Shown: positions 20,977-31,235, counted from the stretch's first letter. The stretch is DNA of 64,000 nt from a virus (IMGVR_UViG_3300031111_000010:1-64000); one strand, 5' to 3'. Notes: generated by a model from the sequence alone, not told the origin. Translations and numbers: made by a program.

Positions 20977-21488
20977 AATACAAACTCACTTTCTTCTATA
21001 AATAATTTTCTTGGTCTTTCTTTCTTTAATGGTTCTAATTCTTTCTTTATTGCTATATATTCATTTAAAGATGTTATTGCTGGTCTTTGAATACCGAAAA
21101 AATTCTCTTGACTTTCTATCCTTCTTACTATGCTTTTTATCTGTGAATGTTTTGCTTCTAGATGTCTTAGATGTTCCAGTTTCTTTCTGTAATAGGAATA
21201 AAGAGCATCTTGTTTTGATCTATAGGCAAATAGCTTTCTTGGTGTAATATTATGTTCCAATTGCTTTTTTATCCATTTCTTGTATCGTGTATTAACTTCA
21301 TTTGTATGGTAATGATAGTCTGGTACGATCCAATAGCCTTCAGGGGTTTCTCTGTATGCTCTATATCTGTTTTCTATTGGTTCTGCATTATAGCTTCCAG
21401 AACATGGGTCTTGATATCGATAGAAATAGATTTCTTCTCTTATCTCTATTGGTGCCATCTCATCAAATCGTAGTGGGAATATGTTCAT
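20973..21488 (-). CDS. hypothetical protein with C-terminal tag
   Basis: ends FIEESEFVL. Confidence 0.55.
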   Translation of the reverse strand: MNIFPLRFDEMAPIEIREEIYFYRYQDPCSGSYNAEPIENRYRAYRETPEGYWIVPDYHYHTNEVNTRYKKWIKKQLEHNITPRKLFAYRSKQDALYSYYRKKLEHLRHLEAKHSQIKSIVRRIESQENFFGIQRPAITSLNEYIAIKKELEPLKKERPRKLFIEESEFVL

Positions 21489-21676
21489 AGTTCCATATCG
21501 CTTTCTGTTATGAAATTATTATTTGTACATAATTTTTCCATATCATCTATTTGAACATAGTGAGCAGCACAATAAAATGGTAGAGTATCTACATCTAGAG
21601 TTGTAATTTTGTTTACTCTCAGATTACAGCAATAGTCAGTGTATCGTTTTCTACCTGTTACCGGACAAGTTATCAT
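21485..21676 (-). CDS. hypothetical protein with C-terminal tag
   Basis: ends FITESDMEL. Confidence 0.55.
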   Translation of the reverse strand: MITCPVTGRKRYTDYCCNLRVNKITTLDVDTLPFYCAAHYVQIDDMEKLCTNNNFITESDMEL

Positions 21677-22176
21677 AGTTGCATATCGCTTTCTGAAAGG
21701 AAGTCACCTAACTTCTCTCTTTCTTCTTTGCATAGTGGGCATTCTTTATGGAATCTGGTATCATAGAATACTGTATTATCACCATGCTTAGTACATTGAG
21801 TAAATATATTATATATTCCCGGTTCACCTTCTCTAAGTTCTTGGAGTCTTTTGATTGCTTTATCTATTTCTTTTATATCATCTATATCTATTTCTGCTGA
21901 TGATTGATTGGAATAGGTAGAAGCAGAAGAAGAACCAAAAGATATAGGAGATAATCGATCAGATATAGGAGATAATCGATCAACCCTTTTGGGAATATCG
22001 ATATCACCGTATTCATCTGTCATTATTGAATGATGTATAGGCCATTTGAATTCAGGTTCTTCTGTAGGTTTTCTTGAAATGAAATTAAGTTCTCTTTCCT
22101 TCCAGTAGTTAACAGGATCAGTTTTTTCTTTGATTGCCTTATATACATTCTCATATAAGTCTTTGAATTTCCACAT
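21673..22176 (-). CDS. hypothetical protein with C-terminal tag
   Basis: ends FLSESDMQL; CxxH..CxxC. Confidence 0.55.
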   Translation of the reverse strand: MWKFKDLYENVYKAIKEKTDPVNYWKERELNFISRKPTEEPEFKWPIHHSIMTDEYGDIDIPKRVDRLSPISDRLSPISFGSSSASTYSNQSSAEIDIDDIKEIDKAIKRLQELREGEPGIYNIFTQCTKHGDNTVFYDTRFHKECPLCKEEREKLGDFLSESDMQL

Positions 22177-22403
22177 ATTTATATCCTTATATATACCTTT
22201 TTATATACTTTTTTATTTTTCAGAAAGTGAGTATTATTTTATATATCTCTTAGCAGTAAAAGCAATGAACGGATAAAATAATACGATTGTAAAAAACTGC
22301 TTTACATATTCCCATAGAGTAGTATTCGATCTTTGCTCTTGGGTAATTACTATTAGCCATATGATTAATCCACATACAAAATATATTCCAAGTAAAAATG
22401 ATA

Positions 22404-22718
22404 TCATATTTCCATTTCCTTTTCGTTTATAAAGTCTTCTGGTTCTGGTTCTGCTACTTGAATATTAGAAACTTTACAATAATGTCCTTTTGATTTCTCC
22501 CACCATTGTAAACATTTTGAACACAGGTAATATTGTTTTTTGCCTCTATCACCTTGACCCCAATATATCTGTATTGGAATTTCTACTTTCTTCTCATGAT
22601 ACATACAGGAAGATAGACTATAAGTTTCATCCTTGCTTGAAATATAATGTCCAAGTTTATGACAATGTTCAGTTGAAAAATTATAATGAACACATGATAA
22701 ACAAATTAAATCACTCAT
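22404..22718 (-). CDS. Cys/His-rich hypothetical protein with C-terminal tag
   Basis: ends FINEKEMEI. Confidence 0.55.
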   Translation of the reverse strand: MSDLICLSCVHYNFSTEHCHKLGHYISSKDETYSLSSCMYHEKKVEIPIQIYWGQGDRGKKQYYLCSKCLQWWEKSKGHYCKVSNIQVAEPEPEDFINEKEMEI

Positions 22719-23125
22719 AGTTCCATATCTTTCTCAGTGAGAAATTCCTCTCTTGGTTCTGTTTTTAATTGTATCTCCCATCTTCCATTTAAAAATATGT
22801 ATTTTATTTGACCTAATTGTGGCTTATTGGGAATTACGTTTCGTATCTTTATATCACCTTCTCTTGGTTCCCTTCTATGTCTATTATCACCAAGAGGACC
22901 ATATGTTGCCCATCCATCAGAGTTAAGTACTGATATATTTTCACCCCATCGTTCTCTAAATTCCTGTTCTCTCCTTGCAAGATGCTCTCTCATTCTTCCT
23001 TGAACATTGGCATGTGTTCTAAGCCTATCCAGATGTTCATTGTATTTTTTATTTTCTTTGTATTTAATAAAGAAAATAACAACCCATGCAAGAACTATTA
23101 TACCCATAAGAATAAATCGTATCAT
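22715..23125 (-). CDS. membrane-anchored protein with C-terminal tag
   Basis: N-terminal TM; ends FLTEKDMEL. Confidence 0.55.
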   Translation of the reverse strand: MIRFILMGIIVLAWVVIFFIKYKENKKYNEHLDRLRTHANVQGRMREHLARREQEFRERWGENISVLNSDGWATYGPLGDNRHRREPREGDIKIRNVIPNKPQLGQIKYIFLNGRWEIQLKTEPREEFLTEKDMEL

Positions 23126-23353
23126 TAAAATACTCCTTTAAAACAGAAATCAATAATAGAATATCCCACAATGAAAAATACTAATATCATAAACAATAAA
23201 ACAAGTTGTGCTCTCATGTCATTACCTCACTTATAAAATATAATAGTTTATTGATATAAGGAAAAATCATTTCCAATCCACCAAAGAAAATAAACATCAA
23301 CGCAAACCATATTATAAGTCCTGCTATCAAACCACAACTATCTTTCGCTATTC

Positions 23354-23740
23354 TTATAATAATTTTAAATCTCCTGTGATTAAATCGATTTCATCAGACC
23401 ACCAAGGACCAATAGCACAACAGGTATAAGTAGGTTCCTTAAATTCAGTCCTACCGGCATCCTTGATCAATGCACAAGGTATCTTTCTGAACTTGGCATG
23501 ATCATGTACAAAAATCAATACATCTTCATTAGGAACACCAACACATATCTTTACAAATGATTCTTCAAGCCATTGTTGAGCAGGATCATTCTTAGGAATA
23601 AAGATTCTATATTCCTTACTGCCTGAAGCATAGCAATTCAACAAAACAGCTAATGATGCATGAGCACCTTGAGCAACCATTTTACCTTTTCTCATATTAA
23701 GGTCTTTTCTCATTACGATAACTTGTTTAACTTCTCTCAT
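23354..23740 (-). CDS. pth2: peptidyl-tRNA hydrolase Pth2
   Basis: KQVIVMRKDLNMRKGKMVAQGAHAS...IKDAGRTEF..PTYTCCAIGP...ITGDLKLL. Confidence 0.92.
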   Translation of the reverse strand: MREVKQVIVMRKDLNMRKGKMVAQGAHASLAVLLNCYASGSKEYRIFIPKNDPAQQWLEESFVKICVGVPNEDVLIFVHDHAKFRKIPCALIKDAGRTEFKEPTYTCCAIGPWWSDEIDLITGDLKLL

Positions 23741-23900
23741 ATTTCGTTTACCTTTAACCATTCTTTATATGCATGTGTATACTTTCTTGGATTCAGTTGG
23801 GTATAAAATACAAGTGTATCTCTATCGATTTCATATCCATCAGCATTAATAATATCAGTTTTAACTGAATCTTCTCCCATATAATATATTTTAAATTCTC

Positions 23901-24092
23901 TCATATTTCCATTTCCTTTTCTTCTATGAACTCTATTGCTTCCCAATAAAGATATTCCCTATCAATACAATGAAGTGTACCTGAGAAATAAACATCATTG
24001 GGTATGCCCTCATATTTCTCTCTATCGATACACCATCCTACTGAACATCCACCCCTTTGACCATGCTTACATGTACTACAACTTATTTCCAT
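23901..24092 (-). CDS. hypothetical protein with C-terminal tag
   Basis: ends FIEEKEMEI. Confidence 0.55.
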   Translation of the reverse strand: MEISCSTCKHGQRGGCSVGWCIDREKYEGIPNDVYFSGTLHCIDREYLYWEAIEFIEEKEMEI

Positions 24093-24484
24093 TATAACAT
24101 CATTTCACTTTCAGATATAAAAGCCTTTGCTGGTTTGACATACATTCTTTTTGTAACAAACTTCTTTTTTTCGTATTCAGCTTCCCATTTAATATCAGCC
24201 AGTGTAATGTTATGTGGTATCTCTTTTACTATCCTATATATACCCCTGTCAATAATTTTTAAATAACCAGCACCTGTCAGATAGCTTCGATATGTATCTA
24301 CAGTTCTCTCTTTATAACCATTTCCAACACATTCCATCATTAAATTATATCTAAATATTATATTGTGATCAAATCTTTCATTGATATAATTTCGCATAAA
24401 ATCCAGAAGTGGTACTCTACCTCTTGGTCTATATCTTGGTAAATCTTCAGGCATCTCTATTCTAAATCCCGGCATGTGTATCAC
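24092..24484 (-). CDS. putative winged-helix protein with C-terminal tag
   Basis: TVDTYRSYLTGAGYLKIIDRGIYR; ends FISESEMML. Confidence 0.5.
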   Translation of the reverse strand: MIHMPGFRIEMPEDLPRYRPRGRVPLLDFMRNYINERFDHNIIFRYNLMMECVGNGYKERTVDTYRSYLTGAGYLKIIDRGIYRIVKEIPHNITLADIKWEAEYEKKKFVTKRMYVKPAKAFISESEMML

Positions 24485-24633
24485 CTTGTTGTACTTCTAA
24501 TAATCTTTCAAGTTCAGTTACTTGTCTGACCAAATCCTGAATCATCTTCTCTTTTTGTTCTACATTATATCGTAGTGACTCTATAAGAGAATCTTTATCT
24601 TCTTCTATTTCTTCTGGTTCATTTCCAAGTATA

Positions 24634-24909
24634 TCATTGAACATAAAAATCTTCCTTTGTTAAAAAATTGGCTTGTGGTCCTGTACATTCATATGGTAAT
24701 CTTTCTTCTGATAATACTTCTCCTTCCTGATTAAAGTATATAAGGTTATGCCATCTCATATGACCACTACCGCTTTTCTGTACGCCTTTCATCAAACCAC
24801 AATACCTACATACCTTTACTTCATCCACCATGATAATTTTGGTTCCTATCCTATGTTGTTTTCTGACTTTACATCGATCCTTCTTCTCTTTTTTCCAACT
24901 ATGTCTCAT
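24634..24909 (-). CDS. hypothetical protein with near-terminal tag
   Basis: ends FLTKEDFYVQ. Confidence 0.5.
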   Translation of the reverse strand: MRHSWKKEKKDRCKVRKQHRIGTKIIMVDEVKVCRYCGLMKGVQKSGSGHMRWHNLIYFNQEGEVLSEERLPYECTGPQANFLTKEDFYVQ

Positions 24910-25171
24910 ATCAAATACATTCCTATCACACCACTAATATATACCATAAAATATGCAAAGAAAACATACATAGAAACTTTATCTTTTATATTAACCAAAA
25001 AAAGCAATGGAAGACAATATAAAATTCTCATCAGCATTGCTTTATTTAATGTCCATCCAAAATAATTCATACACCACAAAATAAAACTATTACTTTCTTC
25101 TCCAATAAAAATCGTGAAGACTGAATCTAATATAATTAATAAAAACAATGCTATTGTCCATTTTCTAATTC

Positions 25172-25555
25172 TCACAGTTTCATATCACTTTCTTCTATAA
25201 ATTCTTTATCTTCTTTATCTAACCTGAAAGGGAATTTTAAAGGTTTCCATTCGTTTCTCATTTTCGTTGATTGATATTCTATTACTAATTTTTCCAGTTC
25301 CCTTCTTTTCCATTCTATATTATAATCATTTAATGCAGGTTCAACACAATATTGAAGTTCTCTTACTATGATATCAAATGCTCTTTGAGATATCCTTCTG
25401 CCTCTAAACATCTGTATGACACGTTCAATCAATCTATCTTCAGTTCGATGTACTTCCCTTTGATATAATTCTCTTTCTCTTTCTCTCTCCAATCTTTCAT
25501 ACTGTCCATTGAGAATTCTTCTTTGAACTTCATTCCAATCATTATTAGGTGCCAT
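25172..25555 (-). CDS. hypothetical protein with C-terminal tag
   Basis: ends FIEESDMKL. Confidence 0.55.
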   Translation of the reverse strand: MAPNNDWNEVQRRILNGQYERLERERERELYQREVHRTEDRLIERVIQMFRGRRISQRAFDIIVRELQYCVEPALNDYNIEWKRRELEKLVIEYQSTKMRNEWKPLKFPFRLDKEDKEFIEESDMKL

Positions 25556-26268
25556 TATATCTCATCCATTGAAAAGATAATTGAATTGCTTTTCAGTTCC
25601 ATTATCTCTTTTCTTAATGATCTTACTTTATTTTCCAACTTACCAATCATGTTATTTCTCTTTAATACCCTATCCTTATAATCTGAAATTATTTCTTCTT
25701 TTCTTTCAAGCGAATCATATAAATTCTCTAATTCCATTTTTACATCACATTCATCACAATCAACACGATTACTGAAATGACCAGTTTCAATAAAATCATC
25801 CATCATACGTTGCATCATAAAAGCACTATTACCAGCTACTTCAAATAGTCTGTTCAGGAACATAATCATAGAATCTTTATTCACATGATCTTTCCAACCT
25901 CTGATTTGTGTATGCATATCATCCTTTGTTTCGAAAACCGCTTTTGTTTCTTCTTGGATTTGTGCTTGAACTCTGGCATGTAATTCTTCTCTTACATCCC
26001 AAACAGAAGACTCTTGAGAATCTTCTGTTTCTCTTTCCATCATTATTCTTCTTATTAATTCACTACGGTTCTGTCTTTCCGTAGTATTACTTTCTGCTGC
26101 TCTACGTTCTAGATTAGCTGCCATTTCCATGACTTCAAAAGGTCTTAATGATTTACTAAAATTATTAAGTTTTATCCATCCATTATTAGAACGAATATTA
26201 GGAAAACGCCCATGAAGATTATGATAAGCTGTTGTATAACGTCTTATTGCTGACACAGTTTCATTCAT
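25555..26268 (-). CDS. coiled-coil hypothetical protein
   Basis: long ORF coupled to neighbours. Confidence 0.5.
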   Translation of the reverse strand: MNETVSAIRRYTTAYHNLHGRFPNIRSNNGWIKLNNFSKSLRPFEVMEMAANLERRAAESNTTERQNRSELIRRIMMERETEDSQESSVWDVREELHARVQAQIQEETKAVFETKDDMHTQIRGWKDHVNKDSMIMFLNRLFEVAGNSAFMMQRMMDDFIETGHFSNRVDCDECDVKMELENLYDSLERKEEIISDYKDRVLKRNNMIGKLENKVRSLRKEIMELKSNSIIFSMDEI

Positions 26269-26677
26269 TTTATTCTACCTTTATATTTTCTTGAAATTCT
26301 CCATCCTCTACTGCCAGTTCCATACGATTGTTCTCATATTTCACCTATATCATCAAATAAATTTTCTTCTTCTTTTTCTGGTGGTAAATCAATCCAACTA
26401 CCATCATCTGTATTCCAACCATCACTACCTGCATTCCAAGAATCACCTGTATCCCAAAGGGTATCTTTATTTTCAGCAACCATATATAATGATTTCAATT
26501 CATTATCCCATTCATACATATTTCCAGTTTTTATAAAGATTTCTTCCAATAGCTCATTAGAATAATAGCTACTTGGAAAATTCTCTGATTCTGTTACTCT
26601 AATCCATACCCCTCTTTTCTCTAATTCTCTATCAGGAAATACACTTTTGTATAGCTTCATTACAGATTCTATTTTAT

Positions 26678-27055
26678 TCATAATCCATATACTCCTATCT
26701 TAGCTTCACCATGACCACAAGTAGGACATTTTTCTTCGACCAACCAATAGTTAACATGGAATTTGTTAAGTAATACTTGTTTGATTATATCGGCATGGCA
26801 GGGTTTAGGTGAGCAGTAGCAAATGAGATTACACTTACCATGTTCAATTAGATATGCTTCGATAATCTGCAATGCTGAGATTATTGGTCTATCACGCTTT
26901 TGGATAGCGTTCTTAAGCATTGCTCCATATCGTTGAAGTACGATAGGTCTTAATTCTTCATCTGTTAACTTAAACGGATTGGCTAACGGTGAAGGTCTAC
27001 CTACATAAAATCCATCTCCTGTCCAATTTTTTTTGTTGCGTACAGTGATTTCCAT
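26678..27055 (-). CDS. DUF4326 family protein
   Basis: YVGRPSPLANPF...LICYCSPKPCHADII. Confidence 0.85.
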   Translation of the reverse strand: MEITVRNKKNWTGDGFYVGRPSPLANPFKLTDEELRPIVLQRYGAMLKNAIQKRDRPIISALQIIEAYLIEHGKCNLICYCSPKPCHADIIKQVLLNKFHVNYWLVEEKCPTCGHGEAKIGVYGL

Positions 27056-27067
27056 TTCTTCTCCATA

Positions 27068-27376
27068 TCATAACCTCATTTCTCCATCGGTTAAGAATTT
27101 TTCTATTATTTTTTCATATACATGCAAAACATATCTTGGACTACATATCACAGTTTTGATGAATTGTAAATGATTATCATCAAAAACACTACCAGTATGC
27201 ATTGTATAGAATTCTCTTACTTCTGTATTATCTCTGTTTCTTTTATCTATCTCAAACCAGATATTTAAATCTCTATTAATCATAGCGATATTTAATACTT
27301 TTGATTTTACAGGAACAAGTAATCTTGTTGATGTTTCATGTCCATATTGTAATGAATATTTCCATATTATCTTCAT
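27068..27376 (-). CDS. hypothetical protein with C-terminal tag
   Basis: MKIIWKYSL...TGS...VLHVYE; ends FLTDGEMRL. Confidence 0.6.
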   Translation of the reverse strand: MKIIWKYSLQYGHETSTRLLVPVKSKVLNIAMINRDLNIWFEIDKRNRDNTEVREFYTMHTGSVFDDNHLQFIKTVICSPRYVLHVYEKIIEKFLTDGEMRL

Positions 27377-27399
27377 AACATATTTATTTCCTTATAAAA

Positions 27400-27489
27400 T
27401 GGAGGAAAGGACAGGATTCGAACCTGCATTAGTGTTACCTAAATAGAGTTTTCAAGACTCATCGACTATTCCCCACTGTCAACCTTTCC
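27400..27489 (-). tRNA. tRNA-Ser(UGA)
   Basis: GGAAAGG/CCTTTCC acceptor stem, GAGT-CTTGAAA-ACTC anticodon arm, long variable arm, GGTTCGAATCC T-arm, encoded CCA. Confidence 0.85.
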
Positions 27490-27537
27490 TTATATGTCAC
27501 CGATTTGTTTAGTATTCATCTTCTTACCTTTTAATAC

Positions 27538-27624
27538 CGGAGAGTACTGGATTTGAACCAGTGCGAGTGTTACCCCGACCTAGGATTAGCAATCCTGTGC
27601 ATTACCATACTCTGCCAACTCTCC
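27538..27624 (-). tRNA. tRNA-Ser(GCU)
   Basis: GGAGAGT/ACTCTCC acceptor stem, G73, AGGA-TTGCTAA-TCCT anticodon arm, long variable arm, GGTTCAAATCC; CCA not encoded. Confidence 0.9.
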
Positions 27625-27874
27625 CGGCACCTTTCTACTTGATCAGAATTGTCATGTTACAACATCATCCTTTCCATCAGGAATTTTAATTTTACTTATA
27701 TATACTTCCATACCACAAGCATCACAATGAAGTACATGTCTATGAGTAGTCCATACTTCATCAAATAAATGAATACCCTGTATGCAATTAGAGAACTTCC
27801 ATGCTTCAAGGATTATACCGTATTCTTTCTCACTCAATCCTTCATCTAATTTAGGATGAGTCATGCCGATATAT

Positions 27875-28537
27875 TTATTTATTATCGTTGTCACCAGAAT
27901 CACCACCTTGACTATACCAATTCATTACTTGTGTTTTTCCAGCTTTCCTTGTTCCCATATAATTCTTCAGTCCATCAGTAGTTACACTATATGCATATTT
28001 GGTTTTATCTTTGTCATGACTCATCACATTATCAAATGAAAATCCCATATTGACAGCTACTTCCTTATCGATGTTCTCACCCAAAAATACAAATGTCCAC
28101 TTTCCTGTAGCTTCCAGTTCTTTAATCAGATTTTTTATTCTCTGTCTGCCTTCTTCACCAGCATAATCGCTTGAAGTATTCTCTTGACCATCTGTTTGAA
28201 TGATCACCAATGCTGCCTTATCTATTCTCTTTTCAGCATCCATCTTCAATCTAATATTATTTATACAATTCCCAATGGCATCATACAAGGCAGTCATACC
28301 ACCTGTCCACCAATGATTCATTTGTTTTACTTCCGATATTGGCATGTTCTCCACGTTACAATGAATTTGATCATCAAACTCAATGATGGTCACTATATTA
28401 TCCATTGTTTCATCATCTTCTTTAAGTAGGGTTGCTCGTTGTTCATTGAAATTTGATATAGCAAGATCAACATTACTACCCATTGAACCTGAATGATCTT
28501 GAACAAAACCAATATATGTTACTGCATTTGCTTTCAT
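27875..28537 (-). CDS. von Willebrand factor A domain protein
   Basis: MIDAS DHSGSM, GGMTALYDAIG, IQTDGQENTS. Confidence 0.9.
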   Translation of the reverse strand: MKANAVTYIGFVQDHSGSMGSNVDLAISNFNEQRATLLKEDDETMDNIVTIIEFDDQIHCNVENMPISEVKQMNHWWTGGMTALYDAIGNCINNIRLKMDAEKRIDKAALVIIQTDGQENTSSDYAGEEGRQRIKNLIKELEATGKWTFVFLGENIDKEVAVNMGFSFDNVMSHDKDKTKYAYSVTTDGLKNYMGTRKAGKTQVMNWYSQGGDSGDNDNK

Positions 28538-28921
28538 AAATTAATTACCCCCATTTTTTGTAAAATTCCTACAATTAGTGATAGTATACCTACTATAATT
28601 ACAAAAATAATAAGCCAAGCAAATCCACCTATTGCTAATTTTGCAGTTAAACTTATTGCACTTAATAGCCATTCAATCATATCTTCTCCTTAATATGCCC
28701 AATCAGGATCAGGCATGTAAACTTTTTTCTTCGGTTTCTTGCGTTGAGCTTTATTCTCTTTTGGAAGAAAAAGATCATCTATTTCTTTTTGAGCTTCAAG
28801 ATATCGTTTTGATGTTCTTGGTCTGATATCATGATTCTTCTCATATTCCAAAGCAAAATCCCTTTGCTTCCATAACCTTGCAAGTGTTTCTGATACACCA
28901 TTTAAAATATCCGATTCTTGT

Positions 28922-29500
28922 CTACTCATCAAATTCAATCTCCAATGTATAGTTAATATAATCAACGATTTCTTCAGGATCATTACTTTCAATCTTCTCA
29001 ATCCATACAGGAAAATCTTTATCCTGATAGTATCGTTTACATCGTTGGAGGAATTTTTTCAATGGTCCGATAATAGAAGGTGGCACTTCCACAACTGTCT
29101 TGGTATCAGGATTAATGAAACCAATCAAATCTTCTTCTTCTATTTCATTCTCAGTCCATGAATTCTGAACAAAGTAACCAGTGAACTCAGACCATTTTTC
29201 TGCTCTTTGTTTTGCAAGATCAAGACCGAATCCCGGTTCATGTTGACCATTTACATAATCAAATTCATCCAGCTTGTTACACATAGAAAAACCAATCATA
29301 ACAGCATCGGGATTTTCAGGATTGATACCACAATACAGAACACCTTTTTTCTGCCGACCTACACCATTACCTTTTACGATGATCTTTCCATCATCATCAC
29401 GTTTCGGTTTCCTACCACTTTTTCTAATGTATTCAATAATTTCCATACGAATCTCCTTTCGATTTTCTGACACCCTATCAGAATATAAGATAGATGTCAA
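28922..29500 (-). CDS. hypothetical protein
   Basis: long ORF; probable start MEIIEY with AAGGAG RBS and sigma70-like promoter. Confidence 0.55.
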   Translation of the reverse strand: MTSILYSDRVSENRKEIRMEIIEYIRKSGRKPKRDDDGKIIVKGNGVGRQKKGVLYCGINPENPDAVMIGFSMCNKLDEFDYVNGQHEPGFGLDLAKQRAEKWSEFTGYFVQNSWTENEIEEEDLIGFINPDTKTVVEVPPSIIGPLKKFLQRCKRYYQDKDFPVWIEKIESNDPEEIVDYINYTLEIEFDE

Positions 29501-29763
29501 GACATTTTTTTATAACTTCCTTTTACAACATGGGCATTTATCAGTTTCAGTAGTAATCTTTTTAACACCAGCACCAAGATTGTAAACTTTAAAAGGGATG
29601 TTTTCTTCTGATAATCGTATAATCATATACTGAGCCGCTTTATTAAATGATGTTGTATGTGAGATTACAGTAAGTTCAGGAGTTACATGATCATACATTT
29701 TAATCTCATCATTTAATTTATTCATCCATTTTTTACTTACAACCTTCATATTACCTTCCTTTC

Positions 29764-30612
29764 TTAATAATCACTTGTAATCGTTAAATGAAAAGGCATG
29801 TCAGTCAGTTTCCTACGGGTCCATAGATAAGTATCCACATCACCAATATGCCATCCTAATTCTTCTCTCATCTTCTCACATACTCTAATTGTTGCTGCTC
29901 TAATCTGGATTTCCTCAAGCGAATTTTTGGGTATCAGTTTCCCTTCATATATATCTTCTTCTAATGAAGGTGAATATTGAAGGCACCCAAAATGCCTGAG
30001 AATTTTTGGTACTTGATAATCTGCTGGTACAGGTAATACTATATCTTTATACCATTCAAACTTACGGTAAATCTGAATAAAGAATAACGATGCTCTTTTT
30101 AAAAAGATATCAGATGCAAATCCTTGAAAGTATCTACACATCATATCAATATCAGCATTTTTATTAACTACTTCTCTGGCAAAGTTCTCACCCTTTTGAT
30201 CTTCCAGTAATTCCAATAGATGTCTTTTTCGTTCTTCAAGCATGGGAAATCTATTAACTGAAAGCAATTCAATCAAAGTATATATAACCTTAGAAAATCT
30301 TGTATCATAAGACTTGGATAGTTTAAATGCATACTCAAGGCATTCATACATTGCTGTAGAGGATACATTGTTAGGTCTGATATCAGATACACCATACCAG
30401 TAACAATAGTTGATTGAGCTTGCTACCAGTTCCTTTAATACTTCATTATATATACCTATCTGATACTTCTCATTATCATCAAAGAATTTCGGTGGTCCAT
30501 CTTTTCTCATTCTCTCAATTACTCTATCTACAGTAGACCAAGCTATTTTTACATATTCAGGTTTTGTAGCTAACGCCTGATCTGCAACTTCAAATACATT
30601 TTTTATAATCAT
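29764..30612 (-). CDS. queuosine salvage family protein (Q_salvage/DUF2419)
   Basis: FLKRASLF...PADYQVPKILRHFGCLQYS..L...I....LIPKNSLEEIQIRAATI...DTYLW. Confidence 0.8.
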   Translation of the reverse strand: MIIKNVFEVADQALATKPEYVKIAWSTVDRVIERMRKDGPPKFFDDNEKYQIGIYNEVLKELVASSINYCYWYGVSDIRPNNVSSTAMYECLEYAFKLSKSYDTRFSKVIYTLIELLSVNRFPMLEERKRHLLELLEDQKGENFAREVVNKNADIDMMCRYFQGFASDIFLKRASLFFIQIYRKFEWYKDIVLPVPADYQVPKILRHFGCLQYSPSLEEDIYEGKLIPKNSLEEIQIRAATIRVCEKMREELGWHIGDVDTYLWTRRKLTDMPFHLTITSDY

Positions 30613-30851
30613 ATATTCTCCTTTCTATATTACCTTTCCATTGATTTCTTTTATAGGTCTTAAATGTCTTTTGGAAGATGTTACGCATATAGGATCAGGT
30701 GTTATCCATTTCAATCCACATGGACAAGTATAAACACACGCTTGATTCTGTATTAACATAGAATCACATTGTGGACAAAAATAAGCTACTGTATCTAATG
30801 CATGTTCATCTTCTTCTTGGGTTGTATCTGTTACATTTATTACATCATTTA

Positions 30852-31235
30852 TCATACTATTATAATTTCTCCTTCTGGATAAAATTTTCTGAACTTTTTG
30901 AGTGTGTCTTCGCTACCACCAAATTCTCTTTGGAGAACTTCTTTTAATGGTTCATGTGGTCTGACAAGACAAGCTATGATAATATCAGAAGTCTTAGCCA
31001 CTGATGTATTCCTTGCAAAGAATTCTTTTCTGGTTTTTTTCTTAGGTGGAAATAAAAGAATGGGAATGCCATAACCGAAAGCTATCTTTTCAGCAAAGGC
31101 ATCCCCACCTTGTGGACATCCACCACTGACTATCCAATCACCTTCTTGATAGATTTCAAAGAAGGCATCATGTACAAGTTGATAGTCAGTTCTGATATTT
31201 CGTTTTCTTGTTCCAATAATTCCTATTTTTTTCAT
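30852..31235 (-). CDS. SLOG/DprA-like protein
   Basis: IGIIGTR...IVSGGCPQGGDAFAE...FFARN...GGSEDT. Confidence 0.7.
   Translation of the reverse strand: MKKIGIIGTRKRNIRTDYQLVHDAFFEIYQEGDWIVSGGCPQGGDAFAEKIAFGYGIPILLFPPKKKTRKEFFARNTSVAKTSDIIIACLVRPHEPLKEVLQREFGGSEDTLKKFRKFYPEGEIIIV

Noticed and set aside
21940-21981. Perfect 21-bp tandem duplication (DRLSPIS twice)
   Set aside because: Simple in-frame slippage duplication with no further structure.
1236-24644. Shared N-terminus MF[DN]DILG in two ORFs (1236 and 24644)
   Set aside because: Only two instances and no further similarity; cannot be distinguished from chance.
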